Shown one piece after another: positions 9,698 through 19,081 of a stretch of DNA of 64,000 nucleotides. Origin of the DNA: Actinomycetota bacterium (GTDB lineage Bacteria > Actinomycetota > UBA4738 > HRBIN12); assembly GCA_035519495.1 (NCBI GenBank), contig DATIWE010000074.1, forward strand, positions 12,323 to 76,322, given 5' to 3'. The notes under the pieces are model-generated. The model was not told the DNA's origin. It saw only the letters and a program-made list of their open reading frames with translations, and did no database searches. Both the position numbers and the translations under genes were made by a program. Every line of letters begins with the position of its first letter. Position 1 is the first letter of the stretch.

Positions 9698-10746
9698 GGC
9701 GCGAGGCCGGGGATCAGCCGGCGCGCGTTCCCCCCGTAGAGCGCCGCGAGCACGTCCGGCGGCAGGTCGAGCCCGTCGATCGTCCAGCGGCCCTGCGGCG
9801 GCACCGGCTCGGCCGCGTAGTCGAAGCACTCGTCGGCGGTCTCGAAGAACCGGCGGTGGATCTCGTACGTCGCCGCCGCGACCGGCACGTCGTCGGTCCC
9901 GAACACGAACCGGCCGGCGTGCCGCACCAGCAACGCCCGCGCCGCGCGCGGCACCCGGCCGAGCTCGGCGATCCGCGCCGCGACGTCGGCGTTCGCGTTC
10001 GGATACGTGTCGAGGATCCGCCCGACCCACGCGAGGTCCTCGGCGCAGCCGAGGACGTGCGCACCGATGATCGTGACGTCGGACCGCCGCGCGATCAGCG
10101 CCTCCAGCTCGTCCAAGAGCCGCTCGAACACCGGGAACCTCTCGCGGTCGCCGAACCACCAGTCGGGGTGTTCGAGCAGCTCCTCGACCCGTTCGTTGTG
10201 CTGATCGAGCGGCTCGAAGAACGCCGCCGGGTCGGCCGTGTGGATCGTGACGGGGATGGCCGCCTCGGCGCAGGCGTCCCAGACCGGATCGAGCCTCGGA
10301 TCGTCGGGTCCGACGAGCCGGTCCTGCGGATCGCGCAGGTGCAGCCCGAGGTCCTTCCAGACCTTGAGGCCCTTCGCGCCTCGCGCGGCCGCGTCGGCGA
10401 CGTCGGCGCCGAGGCCAGCCCAGTCACCCTCGGCGATGCGCGACCGGTCGAGCTGCGTGAAGGTCGCGAACCGCCCCGGGTGCGCGCGGTCGTACCGGTC
10501 GAGGTTCGCCTCGAGCTGGCCAGCGAGGCCGTCGAGGTTCACGACCGCGGCGACCCCGACCTCGTCCATCGTGGCGAGCAGCCGGCCCACGTCGGGCGCG
10601 CTCCACCCCTCCGTGAGCCACCGGCCGAGATGCTGGTGCGCGTCGACGATCGGCACTGGCGGTCGCGGCAGCAGCTCGGCCCGCAGCGCCCGCACCGCCC
10701 GGCGCGGCACGAAGTCCCGCAGGCGCAGCTCGCCGAGATCGTCCAT
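9694..10746 (-). CDS. amidohydrolase family protein (PF04909-type metal-dependent hydrolase)
   Basis: 350 aa. N-terminal metal motif IVDAHQHLG, then internal VTIHTAD and late FGTDDVP, typical of amidohydrolase_2. Confidence 0.75.
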   Translation of the reverse strand: MDDLGELRLRDFVPRRAVRALRAELLPRPPVPIVDAHQHLGRWLTEGWSAPDVGRLLATMDEVGVAAVVNLDGLAGQLEANLDRYDRAHPGRFATFTQLDRSRIAEGDWAGLGADVADAAARGAKGLKVWKDLGLHLRDPQDRLVGPDDPRLDPVWDACAEAAIPVTIHTADPAAFFEPLDQHNERVEELLEHPDWWFGDRERFPVFERLLDELEALIARRSDVTIIGAHVLGCAEDLAWVGRILDTYPNANADVAARIAELGRVPRAARALLVRHAGRFVFGTDDVPVAAATYEIHRRFFETADECFDYAAEPVPPQGRWTIDGLDLPPDVLAALYGGNARRLIPGLAP

Positions 10747-10747
10747 C

Positions 10748-11506
10748 TCAGACCGTCTCCACCGACACGCCGGCCTGCCGGATCGCGCGTAGGGCGCGCG
10801 CGTCGGCGCGGCGATCGGTGATCAGCTCATCCACGCGCTCGACCGGGCAGATCCGGGCGAACGCGACGAGCCCGATCTTCGAGGAGTCCGCGACCACGAT
10901 CACGCGTCGCGCGCGCTCGATCAGCGCGAGGTTCGTGGCGGCCTCGACCTCGTGGTGGGTCGTGCAGCCGGAGACGGCGTCGATGCCGTCGACCCCGATG
11001 CACGCCAGATCGAGGTTCAGCACGGCCAGCGCCTGCTCGGCCGCGGGGCCGACCAGCTCGTAGGACTCGGGGCGGGCGACGCCGCCGGTCACCACCAGCT
11101 TGAGGTTCGGGCGGATCGCGAGCTCGCTCGCGATGTTGAGCGCGTTCGTGACGACGGTGAGGTGCTCGCGGTCGACCAGCTCGCGCGCGACCTCGGTGCA
11201 CGTCGTACCGCCCGTGAGGCCGACCGCCATGCCGTCGGTCACCCGGGCTGCGACCGCGCGCGCGATCCGCCGCTTCTCCTCCTGGTGCCGCGCCGACTTG
11301 TAGCGCAGCGGCAACTCGTACAGGACGCCGTGCGAGACCGCCCCGCCGTGGGTCCGGGTGAGCAGGCGCTGCTCCTCGAGCCGCTCGAGGTCCCGGCGGA
11401 TCGTGGCGGCGGAGACGTCGAGCCGGCCGGCGAGGTCGGCGACCTCGACCGTTCCGTCGGAGGAGATCTCCTCGAGGATCGCGGTGAGGCGCTCGGCCTG
11501 GTGCAC
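10748..11506 (-). CDS. DeoR/GlpR family transcriptional regulator
   Basis: GTG at 11504-11506. N-terminal wHTH VADLAGRLDVSAATIRRDLERLEEQRLL. C-terminal sugar-phosphate-binding DeoR_C-like domain. Confidence 0.85.
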   Translation of the reverse strand: MHQAERLTAILEEISSDGTVEVADLAGRLDVSAATIRRDLERLEEQRLLTRTHGGAVSHGVLYELPLRYKSARHQEEKRRIARAVAARVTDGMAVGLTGGTTCTEVARELVDREHLTVVTNALNIASELAIRPNLKLVVTGGVARPESYELVGPAAEQALAVLNLDLACIGVDGIDAVSGCTTHHEVEAATNLALIERARRVIVVADSSKIGLVAFARICPVERVDELITDRRADARALRAIRQAGVSVETV

Positions 11507-11527
11507 GAGCGGAGCATAGCCGGGCCA

Positions 11528-11573
11528 TGCGCGTTCTTGCACGTTCTGGGTTGACTCCGAACACGAACGCGCA
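11528..11573. promoter_or_regulatory. candidate DeoR operator (inverted repeat) in the divergent intergenic region
   Basis: TGCGCGTTC (11528-11536) and GAACGCGCA (11565-11573) form 9-bp inverted arms. Inner CGTTC/GAAC half-site repeats are also present. Confidence 0.35.
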
Positions 11574-11580
11574 CTAGCGT
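11551..11580 (+). promoter_or_regulatory. candidate sigma-70-type promoter giving a leaderless or near-leaderless SIS-operon transcript
   Basis: TTGACT, an 18-nt spacer, then TAGCGT (TANNNT). The GTG start at 11589 lies 8 nt after the -10 element. Confidence 0.35.
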
Positions 11581-11588
11581 GCGGAGCG

Positions 11589-12485
11589 GTGTCCGACATC
11601 GCGGAGGAGATCGCGTCTCAGCCCTCGGTGTGGCACCGCGCCTCGGACATGGCCGCCGGATCGGGGCCGGCGCTCCCCCAGCCGGGCGAGCGTGTGCTGG
11701 CGGTGGGCTGCGGCACCTCGTGGTTCGTGTCCCAGGCGTACGCGGCGCTGCGCGAGGACGCCGGCGCCGGCGAGACCGACGCCGCCACCGCGACCGAGCT
11801 GCCGCCCGAGCGCACCTACGACCGCGTCGTCGTGATCAGCCGCAGCGGGACGACCACCGAGGTCGTCGACGCGCTGGCCGCCCTCCGCGATCGCGACGTC
11901 ACCACCACCGCCATCACCGCCGTGCTCGGCTCACCGGTCGCCCAGTTGGCGCGCCGTTCGCTCGTCCTGGACTTCGCCGACGAACGTTCGGTGGTCCAGA
12001 CGCGGTTCGCGACCGGCGCGCTCGCGTTGCTGCGCGCGCACCTGGGCGAGGACCTCGACCGTGCGATCTCCGACGCCGGCGTGGCGCTGGCCGACCAGCT
12101 GCCGGTCGAGCCATCGCGGTTCGATCATTTCGTCTTCCTGGGCCACCGGTGGACGGTCGGCCTCGCCCACGAGGCCGCGTTGAAGATGCGCGAGGCGGCG
12201 CAGGCACACACCGAGTCCTATCCCGCGATGGAGTACCGCCACGGCCCGGTGAGCGTGGCCGGGCCTGGCTCCCTCGTGTGGATCCTCAGCACCCCCGATC
12301 CGACCATCGCCGACGACGTTCGCGCCACCGGCGCCACGGTCCTTGAGGCCACGTTCGACCCGATGGCCGAATTGCTACGTATCCAACGGATGGCCGTCGC
12401 GCTCAGCGAAGCGCGCGGCCTTGACCCCGACCATCCGCGCCACCTGACCCGCTCGGTGGTGCTGCAGCAGGAGGGAACCGGATGA
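11589..12485 (+). CDS. SIS domain sugar-phosphate isomerase/deaminase-like protein
   Basis: 298 aa. SIS motifs VLAVGCGTSWFVSQAY and VVISRSGTTTE. The stop overlaps the next start (ATGA). Confidence 0.8.
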   Translation: MSDIAEEIASQPSVWHRASDMAAGSGPALPQPGERVLAVGCGTSWFVSQAYAALREDAGAGETDAATATELPPERTYDRVVVISRSGTTTEVVDALAALRDRDVTTTAITAVLGSPVAQLARRSLVLDFADERSVVQTRFATGALALLRAHLGEDLDRAISDAGVALADQLPVEPSRFDHFVFLGHRWTVGLAHEAALKMREAAQAHTESYPAMEYRHGPVSVAGPGSLVWILSTPDPTIADDVRATGATVLEATFDPMAELLRIQRMAVALSEARGLDPDHPRHLTRSVVLQQEGTG

Positions 12486-13792
12486 AGCGTGCAGCGATCG
12501 TGCTCGCGGCGGTGGCGTTGGTCGCCGCGGCCTGTTCCAGCGGCGGCTCCGCGTCGTCGCAGACCTCGGCCGGCGCCCCGGTGCACATCACGCTGTGGCA
12601 CGGCTACGGCAACGTGATCGCCGCCAACGGCCAGACGAACTACGAGGCGAAGTCCCTCAACGACCTGGTCAACGCGTTCAACGCCTCGCATCCGGACGTC
12701 CAGGTCGACGCGAAGTACGTGGGCAGCAACGACAACGCGTACCAGAAGCTGACCGTCGCGCTGCAGGGTGGCGACCCGCCGGACGTGACGTACCAGTACG
12801 GGACCTCGCTGGCCGCACTGGCCGACGCGCCCGGCATCATCGACCTGACCGACACCGTCAAGGGCGACGGCTGGAACTGGAACGACTTCTACCCCGGCGA
12901 GCAGGCGGCCGCGACCGTCGACGGCCACGTGTACGGCGTGCCCGCGCTGGTGGACAACCTCGCGATCGTCTACAACAAGGCCCTGTTCGACGCGGCCGGC
13001 CTCAGCTACCCCACGGCCGACTGGACGTGGAGCGACTTCGCGGCCGCCGCGAAGGCGCTGACCAACCCCGCGACGAAGCAGTTCGGCCTCGCCTTCCCGG
13101 CAGACGCCAGCGAGGACACCGTGTGGCACTTCGACGCGATGCTTTGGGAGGGCGGCGGCGACATCCTGAACGCGGACAACACGCAGGCCATGTTCAACTC
13201 CGCAGCCGGCGTCCAGGCGCTCACGACGCTCCAGCAGATGGCCGTGACCGACAAGAGCATGTACCTCGACCTGCAGAACACGAAGATCGACGACCTGTTC
13301 AACAGCGGCCACGTCGGCATGGTCCTGACAGGCCCGTGGGCGCTCTCGAGCTACCCGGACGTCCACTACGGCGTGCAGATCATGCCGGCGTACCCCGGCG
13401 GCAGCCACCAGACGATCTCGGGACCCGACATGTGGGTGATGTTCGACAACGGGGACGCGCGGAAGGCCGCGACGCTCGAGTTCATGCAGTGGTTCACGGC
13501 GGCCGCCCAGGTCCAGGCCGACTCGATGACCAGCGGGCACCTGCCCACGCGCGCGAGCGTCGTGGCCGAGCCGGGCTTCGTGAAGGCGTTCGGCAAGAAG
13601 TTCCCCGGGGAAGACGTGTTCGCGGAGAACCTGAAGAACGTCGCGAAGGCGCGCCCGACGTTGCAGACCTACGATCAGATCTCGCAGATCATGGGGCAGG
13701 CGATCGTGAAGGCGTTGCTGGGGCAGGCCGATCCGAAGCAGGCGTTGGACGACGCCGCGAACCAAGTGAACCAGGTCCTGGCAGGCGGCTAG
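12482..13792 (+). CDS. ABC transporter sugar-binding lipoprotein
   Basis: 436 aa. Lipoprotein signal MKRAAIVLAAVALVAAACSSGG. Family 1 extracellular solute-binding protein features. Confidence 0.85.
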   Translation: MKRAAIVLAAVALVAAACSSGGSASSQTSAGAPVHITLWHGYGNVIAANGQTNYEAKSLNDLVNAFNASHPDVQVDAKYVGSNDNAYQKLTVALQGGDPPDVTYQYGTSLAALADAPGIIDLTDTVKGDGWNWNDFYPGEQAAATVDGHVYGVPALVDNLAIVYNKALFDAAGLSYPTADWTWSDFAAAAKALTNPATKQFGLAFPADASEDTVWHFDAMLWEGGGDILNADNTQAMFNSAAGVQALTTLQQMAVTDKSMYLDLQNTKIDDLFNSGHVGMVLTGPWALSSYPDVHYGVQIMPAYPGGSHQTISGPDMWVMFDNGDARKAATLEFMQWFTAAAQVQADSMTSGHLPTRASVVAEPGFVKAFGKKFPGEDVFAENLKNVAKARPTLQTYDQISQIMGQAIVKALLGQADPKQALDDAANQVNQVLAGG

Positions 13793-13803
13793 GCTCCCGA
13801 GCC

Positions 13804-14739
13804 ATGGCCACCGCCGCGGCGTCGGTCCGTCCTCCCGGTCGGCTCCGGCGTGCGGTGGCGTCCGACCACGTGGCGGGGTGGATGTTCGTCCTGCCGTCGG
13901 TGCTGCTGATCGTGCTGTTCGGGCTGATCCCCGTCGTGTGGGGCTTCGTGCTGTCCTTGCAGAAGGCCGGGCTGATCTCGCCGAGCCGCCCGTTCACCGG
14001 ACTGTCGAACTACCAGCACATCGCGAGCGATCCGCTGGCGCGCACGGCCGCCGTGAACGCCGCGTATTACACGTTCCTGTTCGTGCCGATCTCGATCGTG
14101 CTGGCGCTGTTCCTGGCGATCGCCCTGAACCAGAAGATCCGCTTGATCCGCTTCTACCGGCTGGCGGTGTTCATCCCGGTCGCCGTCTCGACGATCGCCA
14201 CCGGGATCATGTTCCTGTGGCTTTTCGACAAGGAGTTCGGCCTGGCGAACTTCCTGTTCTCGAAGGTGGGGCTCGGGCCGTTCGGGTACTTCGACTCACC
14301 GCAGGGCGCGATGCCGGCGCTCGTCGTGATGACGGTCTGGGGCTGGCTCGGGTTCGACACGATCGTGTACCTCGCGGCGCTGCAAGGGGTCCCGGCCGAG
14401 CTGATCGAGGCCGCGGCGGTCGACGGCGCCGGCCGCTGGTCGCAGTTCCGCAACGTCGTGCTGCCGCTGCTCGGCCCCGCGACGCTGCTGCTGGTGGTCT
14501 GGTCGACGATCAGCGCGCTCCAGCTGTTCGACGAGGTGTACTTCGTGACGCACGGCGGCCCGCTGAACCGGACGTTCGTCCCGGTCTTCTACATCTACCG
14601 GCTCGCGTTCACCAGCTCGTACGGGTTCTCGAAGGCCGGCTACGCGGCGGCCCTCGCCTACGTGCTGTTCCTGGTGATCCTCGCGCTGACGCTGATCCAG
14701 TTCTGGCTGGGCAACCGGGTGGTGCATTACTCCTCATGA
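13804..14739 (+). CDS. carbohydrate ABC transporter permease
   Basis: ATG 13804. Six hydrophobic spans. EAA loop IEAAAVDGAGRWSQFRNVVLP. Confidence 0.85.
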   Translation: MATAAASVRPPGRLRRAVASDHVAGWMFVLPSVLLIVLFGLIPVVWGFVLSLQKAGLISPSRPFTGLSNYQHIASDPLARTAAVNAAYYTFLFVPISIVLALFLAIALNQKIRLIRFYRLAVFIPVAVSTIATGIMFLWLFDKEFGLANFLFSKVGLGPFGYFDSPQGAMPALVVMTVWGWLGFDTIVYLAALQGVPAELIEAAAVDGAGRWSQFRNVVLPLLGPATLLLVVWSTISALQLFDEVYFVTHGGPLNRTFVPVFYIYRLAFTSSYGFSKAGYAAALAYVLFLVILALTLIQFWLGNRVVHYSS

Positions 14740-15647
14740 GCATCGCGGTCACCGATCGGACGGCGCCGGGCGCGGTCGATACGCAGACCCTCCCGGGCGA
14801 GACCGGGATGGTCGAGCGACCGCGCGCCCGGTGGCTGCCGTTCAGCCCATGGCACCTGCTGCTGATGCCGACGGCGATCGTGATGCTGATCCCGCTCGTG
14901 TGGATGCTGGCGACATCGCTCGAGACGATCGGGCAGACGCGCCACTTCCCGCCGATCCTGTGGCCGGGCCGGTTCCAGTGGAGCAACTACACCGCGACCC
15001 TGCGGGCGGCGCCGTTCGCCCGCTGGTTCTGGAACACCACGGTGGTCACGACGGTGGTGGTGCTGTCGAACCTGCTGCTGTGCTCGCTCGCCGCGTACGC
15101 GTTCGCGCGCATCAGGTTCCTGGGCAAGCAGGTCACGTACTTCCTGCTGCTCGCGACGTTGATGGTTCCGTTGCAGGTGGTCCTGATCCCGACGTTCCTG
15201 ATCGTGAAGCGGATGGGGCTGATCGATCACCTCGGCGCGCTGATCGTGCCGAACCTCGCGAACGTGTTCGGCGTCTTCATGCTCACGCAGTTCTTCCGGA
15301 CGTTGCCGATCGAGCTGGAGGAGGCCGCCCGGATCGACGGCGCCTCGCGCCTGAAGATCCTGTTCACGATCGTGCTGCCCCTGTCCCTGCCGGCGCTGGC
15401 GACCCTCGCGGTCATCCAATTCCTGTGGACCTGGAACGACTTCCTGTGGCCGCTCGTCACGATCATCAACAACACGAACGCGTTCACGATCCAGCTGGGG
15501 CTGCAGAACTTCCAGGGCGCGCACGCGACCGACTGGAACCTGCTGATGGCCGGCAACGTGATGGCGACGCTCCCGATGCTGATCCTGTTCCTGGCCGCCC
15601 AACGGTGGTTCGTCCGGGGCATCGCGACGCAGGGGCTGAAGGGCTGA
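14736..15647 (+). CDS. carbohydrate ABC transporter permease
   Basis: ATG 14736 overlaps the previous stop (ATGA). EAA loop LEEAARIDGASRLKILFTIVLP. Confidence 0.85.
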   Translation: MSIAVTDRTAPGAVDTQTLPGETGMVERPRARWLPFSPWHLLLMPTAIVMLIPLVWMLATSLETIGQTRHFPPILWPGRFQWSNYTATLRAAPFARWFWNTTVVTTVVVLSNLLLCSLAAYAFARIRFLGKQVTYFLLLATLMVPLQVVLIPTFLIVKRMGLIDHLGALIVPNLANVFGVFMLTQFFRTLPIELEEAARIDGASRLKILFTIVLPLSLPALATLAVIQFLWTWNDFLWPLVTIINNTNAFTIQLGLQNFQGAHATDWNLLMAGNVMATLPMLILFLAAQRWFVRGIATQGLKG

Positions 15648-15648
15648 C

Positions 15649-16779
15649 ATGGCCGGCGTCGTGTTCGATCACGTCACGAAGGTGTTCCCGGAGGGGACCG
15701 TCGCGGTCGACGACCTGTCGCTCGACGTCGCCGACGGCGAGTTCCTGATCCTCGTGGGACCGAGTGGCTGCGGCAAGACGACGGCGCTGCGGATGGTGGC
15801 GGGCCTCGAGAAGATCAGCGCCGGCGACATCCGGGTGGGCGACGTGCGCATCAACGACGTGCCGCCCAAGGACCGCGACGTGGCGATGGTCTTCCAGAAC
15901 TACGCCCTGTACCCACACATGACCGTCGAGAAGAACCTCGCGTTCGGGCTTCGGCAGCGGCACATGCCCCGGCACGAGGTCACGCTGCGCGTGAGCGGCG
16001 TCGCGGAGATGCTCGGCCTCCATGATCTCTTGCACCGCAGGCCGGGTCAGCTCTCCGGCGGCCAGCGCCAGCGCGTCGCGATGGGTCGCGCGCTCGTCCG
16101 CGAGCCGAAGGCGTTCCTGCTGGACGAGCCGCTGTCGAACCTGGACGCGAAGCTGCGTGTGCAGATGCGCGCCGAGCTGAAGCGGCTGCATCATCGCTTC
16201 GGCGTCACCACGATCTACGTCACGCACGATCAGGTCGAGGCGATGACGCTGGGCGATCGCATCGCGGTGATGACCGGCGGCCGGCTCCAGCAGCTCGGGC
16301 CGCCGCAGGACGTCTACGACCACCCGGCGAACGTGTTCGTGGCCGGGTTCATCGGGAGTCCGCCCATGAACCTGTTCGCCGCGGACGTGCGCGACGGCTC
16401 CGTGACGGCGGGGCAGCTGGCGTTCACGCGTACCGGCGTCCCGAACGGCGCCACGATCGTCGGCGTGCGACCGGAGGCGATGCGCGTCAACGGCGCGGCC
16501 GACGTGCACACGACGGTGCGCGTCGAGGTGGTCGAGCCGCTCGGCGACGACGTGATCGTCCACGGGACCGTCGACGCGCGGGCGGCCGAGAGCGGCGCCG
16601 AGGAGGAGGACGCGCTGCTGTTGGCGGACGGCGTCGACACGGCCCGCGCGGCCGTGAGCATGCGCGTCGATCCGGCCACCGGCGTGCGCGTCGGCGATGA
16701 GGTGCCCGTCTCCATCGACCCGGCGAGGATCCACCTCTTCGACGCGACGACGGGCGTCGCGATCCCGGCCGGCTCCTAG
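15649..16779 (+). CDS. ABC transporter ATP-binding protein (MalK/UgpC type)
   Basis: Walker A GPSGCGKTT, signature LSGGQRQRV, Walker B FLLDEPLS. C-terminal MalK-like regulatory domain. Confidence 0.9.
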   Translation: MAGVVFDHVTKVFPEGTVAVDDLSLDVADGEFLILVGPSGCGKTTALRMVAGLEKISAGDIRVGDVRINDVPPKDRDVAMVFQNYALYPHMTVEKNLAFGLRQRHMPRHEVTLRVSGVAEMLGLHDLLHRRPGQLSGGQRQRVAMGRALVREPKAFLLDEPLSNLDAKLRVQMRAELKRLHHRFGVTTIYVTHDQVEAMTLGDRIAVMTGGRLQQLGPPQDVYDHPANVFVAGFIGSPPMNLFAADVRDGSVTAGQLAFTRTGVPNGATIVGVRPEAMRVNGAADVHTTVRVEVVEPLGDDVIVHGTVDARAAESGAEEEDALLLADGVDTARAAVSMRVDPATGVRVGDEVPVSIDPARIHLFDATTGVAIPAGS

Positions 16780-17717
16780 TCCGGAGCCGTCTCCCGGAGC
16801 GCCGCGAGCGCTTCCTCCATCGTCACCTGGCCGTCGACGCCGCCCGCCACTCGCGTCGACAGCGCCCCGCAGACGTTCGCGATCGCCAGCGCATGCTCCA
16901 GCGAGGCCTCGCCCAACCACGCGGCCAGGAACCCCGCATCGAACGCGTCGCCCGCGCCGGTCGTGTCCAGCACCGTCGTGGCCACGGCGGGAGCCCGCAC
17001 CATGGCACCGGACCCGCCGGCGATGGCGCCGCGCGGGCCCTCCTTCACGACCACGAGGCCGGCCCGCATCGCCAGGCTCCGCACGGCGGCCTCGACGTCG
17101 GAGGTCCGCGCGATCCGCGCCGCCTCGATCGCGTTCGGCAGGAAGATGTCCGTCTTCGCCAAGACGTCGAGCAACCCGCCGTCCCACGCGTCGCTCGGAT
17201 CCCAGTTCGGGTCGATCGACGTCGTGCCGCCCGCCTCGTGCACCCGGTCGAAGATGTCGGGCAGGTCGGGCCGGAGCGCCGTCTGGAGGAAGTACGAGCT
17301 GACGTGCACGTGGCGCGCCGACGCGAGCACCCCCGGATCGATCGCCGCCGCCGTCAGCGCGCCGATCGTCCCCGGCACGGTCAGCATGCCGCGATCGTCC
17401 GGCTGCGACAGCACGACCGTCAGCCCGGTCGGCCGCTCCGGATCGGTGACGACGCCGCGGACGTCCACGCCCCGCCGGGTGAGCTCCTCACGCAGGAAGC
17501 GGCCGAAGAGGTCGTCGCCAACCACGCCGCAGATGCCGACCGTGAGGCCCAGGCGCGCTGCGCCGCACGCGAGGATCGCGCCCGACCCGCCCACCGTGAG
17601 GTACGCCTCGTCGAGGAGCCGCTCGGCCTGTCCGAACGCGGGCGCGACGTTCTCCCCGCGGAGCACGAGATCGGGATTCACGTCGCCGAGCACGAGCACA
17701 TCGAAGCTGCCGGGCAT
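16776..17717 (-). CDS. PfkB family carbohydrate kinase
   Basis: 313 aa. DVLVLGDVNPD start and C-terminal DTTGAGDAFDAGF. Its stop overlaps the convergent ATPase stop in the palindrome CTAG. Confidence 0.85.
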   Translation of the reverse strand: MPGSFDVLVLGDVNPDLVLRGENVAPAFGQAERLLDEAYLTVGGSGAILACGAARLGLTVGICGVVGDDLFGRFLREELTRRGVDVRGVVTDPERPTGLTVVLSQPDDRGMLTVPGTIGALTAAAIDPGVLASARHVHVSSYFLQTALRPDLPDIFDRVHEAGGTTSIDPNWDPSDAWDGGLLDVLAKTDIFLPNAIEAARIARTSDVEAAVRSLAMRAGLVVVKEGPRGAIAGGSGAMVRAPAVATTVLDTTGAGDAFDAGFLAAWLGEASLEHALAIANVCGALSTRVAGGVDGQVTMEEALAALRETAPD

Positions 17718-17771
17718 CGGCGCAGCCTACCGTTCCGGGAGATGCCCCGATCCCTGAGCTAGGGTTGCGGC

Positions 17772-18350
17772 GTGGGCATCACCATCTTCCTCGTCATCGC
17801 CGTCGTGGTCGTGGCGCTCGTGTTCGCGCAGCGGCTGAACGCGCGACGCCTGCTGCGCGATGAGCGGCGGTCGACGACGAGCCCGTCGGCCCCATCGCCG
17901 AGCCCGAGCACGGCCGCCGGCTCATCGGACGAGATCACGGCTCGGATCGAGGACGAGGTCGAACGGATGGGGATCACCGTGGCGCCCGAGGAGATCAAGC
18001 GGATCGCCGACCAGATCCGGGCGGCGAAGGCGAGCGGCGAAGGGCCCGACGTGGAGCCGGAGCAGCTCGTCGACGACGGCGCCGTGGCGTCGCCCGGCGG
18101 CATCGTGCGAGCGCGAGCCGTGGTCGTGTCGGTCCGTGGCGGCACGGTCCCGGTCGAGTTGGACGTCGACGTGCCCGGTCAAGGGACGCGTCGCGTCACG
18201 GTGAACGTCGCGGTGCCCGAGGGCCGGTGGAGGTCGCTCGCCGCCGGCACGTCCCTCCCCGTGCGCGTCGATCCCGACGACCCGACCGCGGTTTCGGTCG
18301 ACTGGGGTGCGGCCGACGACGCCCCCGAGCAGGATCGGTCAGCCCAGTGA
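17772..18350 (+). CDS. hypothetical single-pass membrane protein
   Basis: GTG start. N-terminal TM ITIFLVIAVVVVALVFA, a Ser/Pro linker, and a C-terminal beta-rich region. High GC3. No family recognised. Confidence 0.55.
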   Translation: MGITIFLVIAVVVVALVFAQRLNARRLLRDERRSTTSPSAPSPSPSTAAGSSDEITARIEDEVERMGITVAPEEIKRIADQIRAAKASGEGPDVEPEQLVDDGAVASPGGIVRARAVVVSVRGGTVPVELDVDVPGQGTRRVTVNVAVPEGRWRSLAAGTSLPVRVDPDDPTAVSVDWGAADDAPEQDRSAQ

Positions 18351-18854
18351 TGCCTCCTGGGTGCGCCACACCCGTTCGCCCGCGATGATCTCGTCGGTCA
18401 CGTGCAAGCCGAGGTGTCGGGCCACCCCCTCCGACGCCTCGTGGCCGTCCCGGATCGACGCGGCGAACGCGCCGATGCCGTTCGTCGCGAGCCGGTCCAT
18501 GACCCCGCGCGCGGCCTCGGTCGCGTAGCCGCGACGCTGGTGCTCCACGCCGACGACCCAGGCCAACCAGGCCACCCGTCCGTGGATCGTCGCCGCGAGG
18601 TGGGCGACGGGCCGGCCGTCGTCCGTCCGCGCGATCCAGTTGAGCCAGCGTTCGTCGGCGTCGGACCCGGGACCACGGATCCACGACGCGATCCGCGCGC
18701 GCACCACCGCCACGTTCTCGGGTGACGGCTCGTGCATGGCCGCTCCGATCGCGGGGTCTCGCATGATCGCGAAGAGGTCCTCGGCGTCGGCCGGCCGCAT
18801 CGGCCGGAGCGACAGACGATCGGTCTCGATCGGTCGGGAGAGGGCGTCCGACAT
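18339..18854 (-). CDS. GNAT family N-acetyltransferase (RimJ/RimL-like)
   Basis: Start taken at MSDALSRPIETDRLSLRPM (typical RimJ-like N-terminus). Motif VGVEHQRRGYATEAA. Confidence 0.8.
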   Translation of the reverse strand: MSDALSRPIETDRLSLRPMRPADAEDLFAIMRDPAIGAAMHEPSPENVAVVRARIASWIRGPGSDADERWLNWIARTDDGRPVAHLAATIHGRVAWLAWVVGVEHQRRGYATEAARGVMDRLATNGIGAFAASIRDGHEASEGVARHLGLHVTDEIIAGERVWRTQEASLG

Positions 18855-18874
18855 CGGCCGCCGTTCCGTTACGT

Positions 18875-18976
18875 TCAGCCTTCTTTGACGAAGAACCACC
18901 AGATCGCGTACCCGACCAGGCAGACGCCGAGGATCAGGAACCCGAGGATGACGATCCCGCCGAACGACGCGATCAC
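18875..18976 (-). CDS. possible 33-aa hydrophobic micro-protein
   Basis: GTG..TGA encoding VIASFGGIVILGFLILGVCLVGYAIWWFFVKEG. Almost every codon ends in G/C. It lies 20 nt upstream of the GNAT gene. It is absent from the track because it is under 60 aa. Confidence 0.35.
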   Translation of the reverse strand: MIASFGGIVILGFLILGVCLVGYAIWWFFVKEG

Positions 18977-19081
18977 GACAGCCGGCCTGTCATCGGAACC
19001 TTCCCATCGAGCACGCCCCGACGATACAGGAGTCGGGGACGTCGTTCCCGATGGTTCGATCGGGTCGGGCGAGCGGGCGCA

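Noticed and set aside
12218-17187. 515-aa and 567-aa minus-strand ORFs over the ABC transporter operon
   Set aside because: They are shadow ORFs opposite the binding-protein and ATPase genes, whose Walker and signature motifs and lipoprotein signal are clear.
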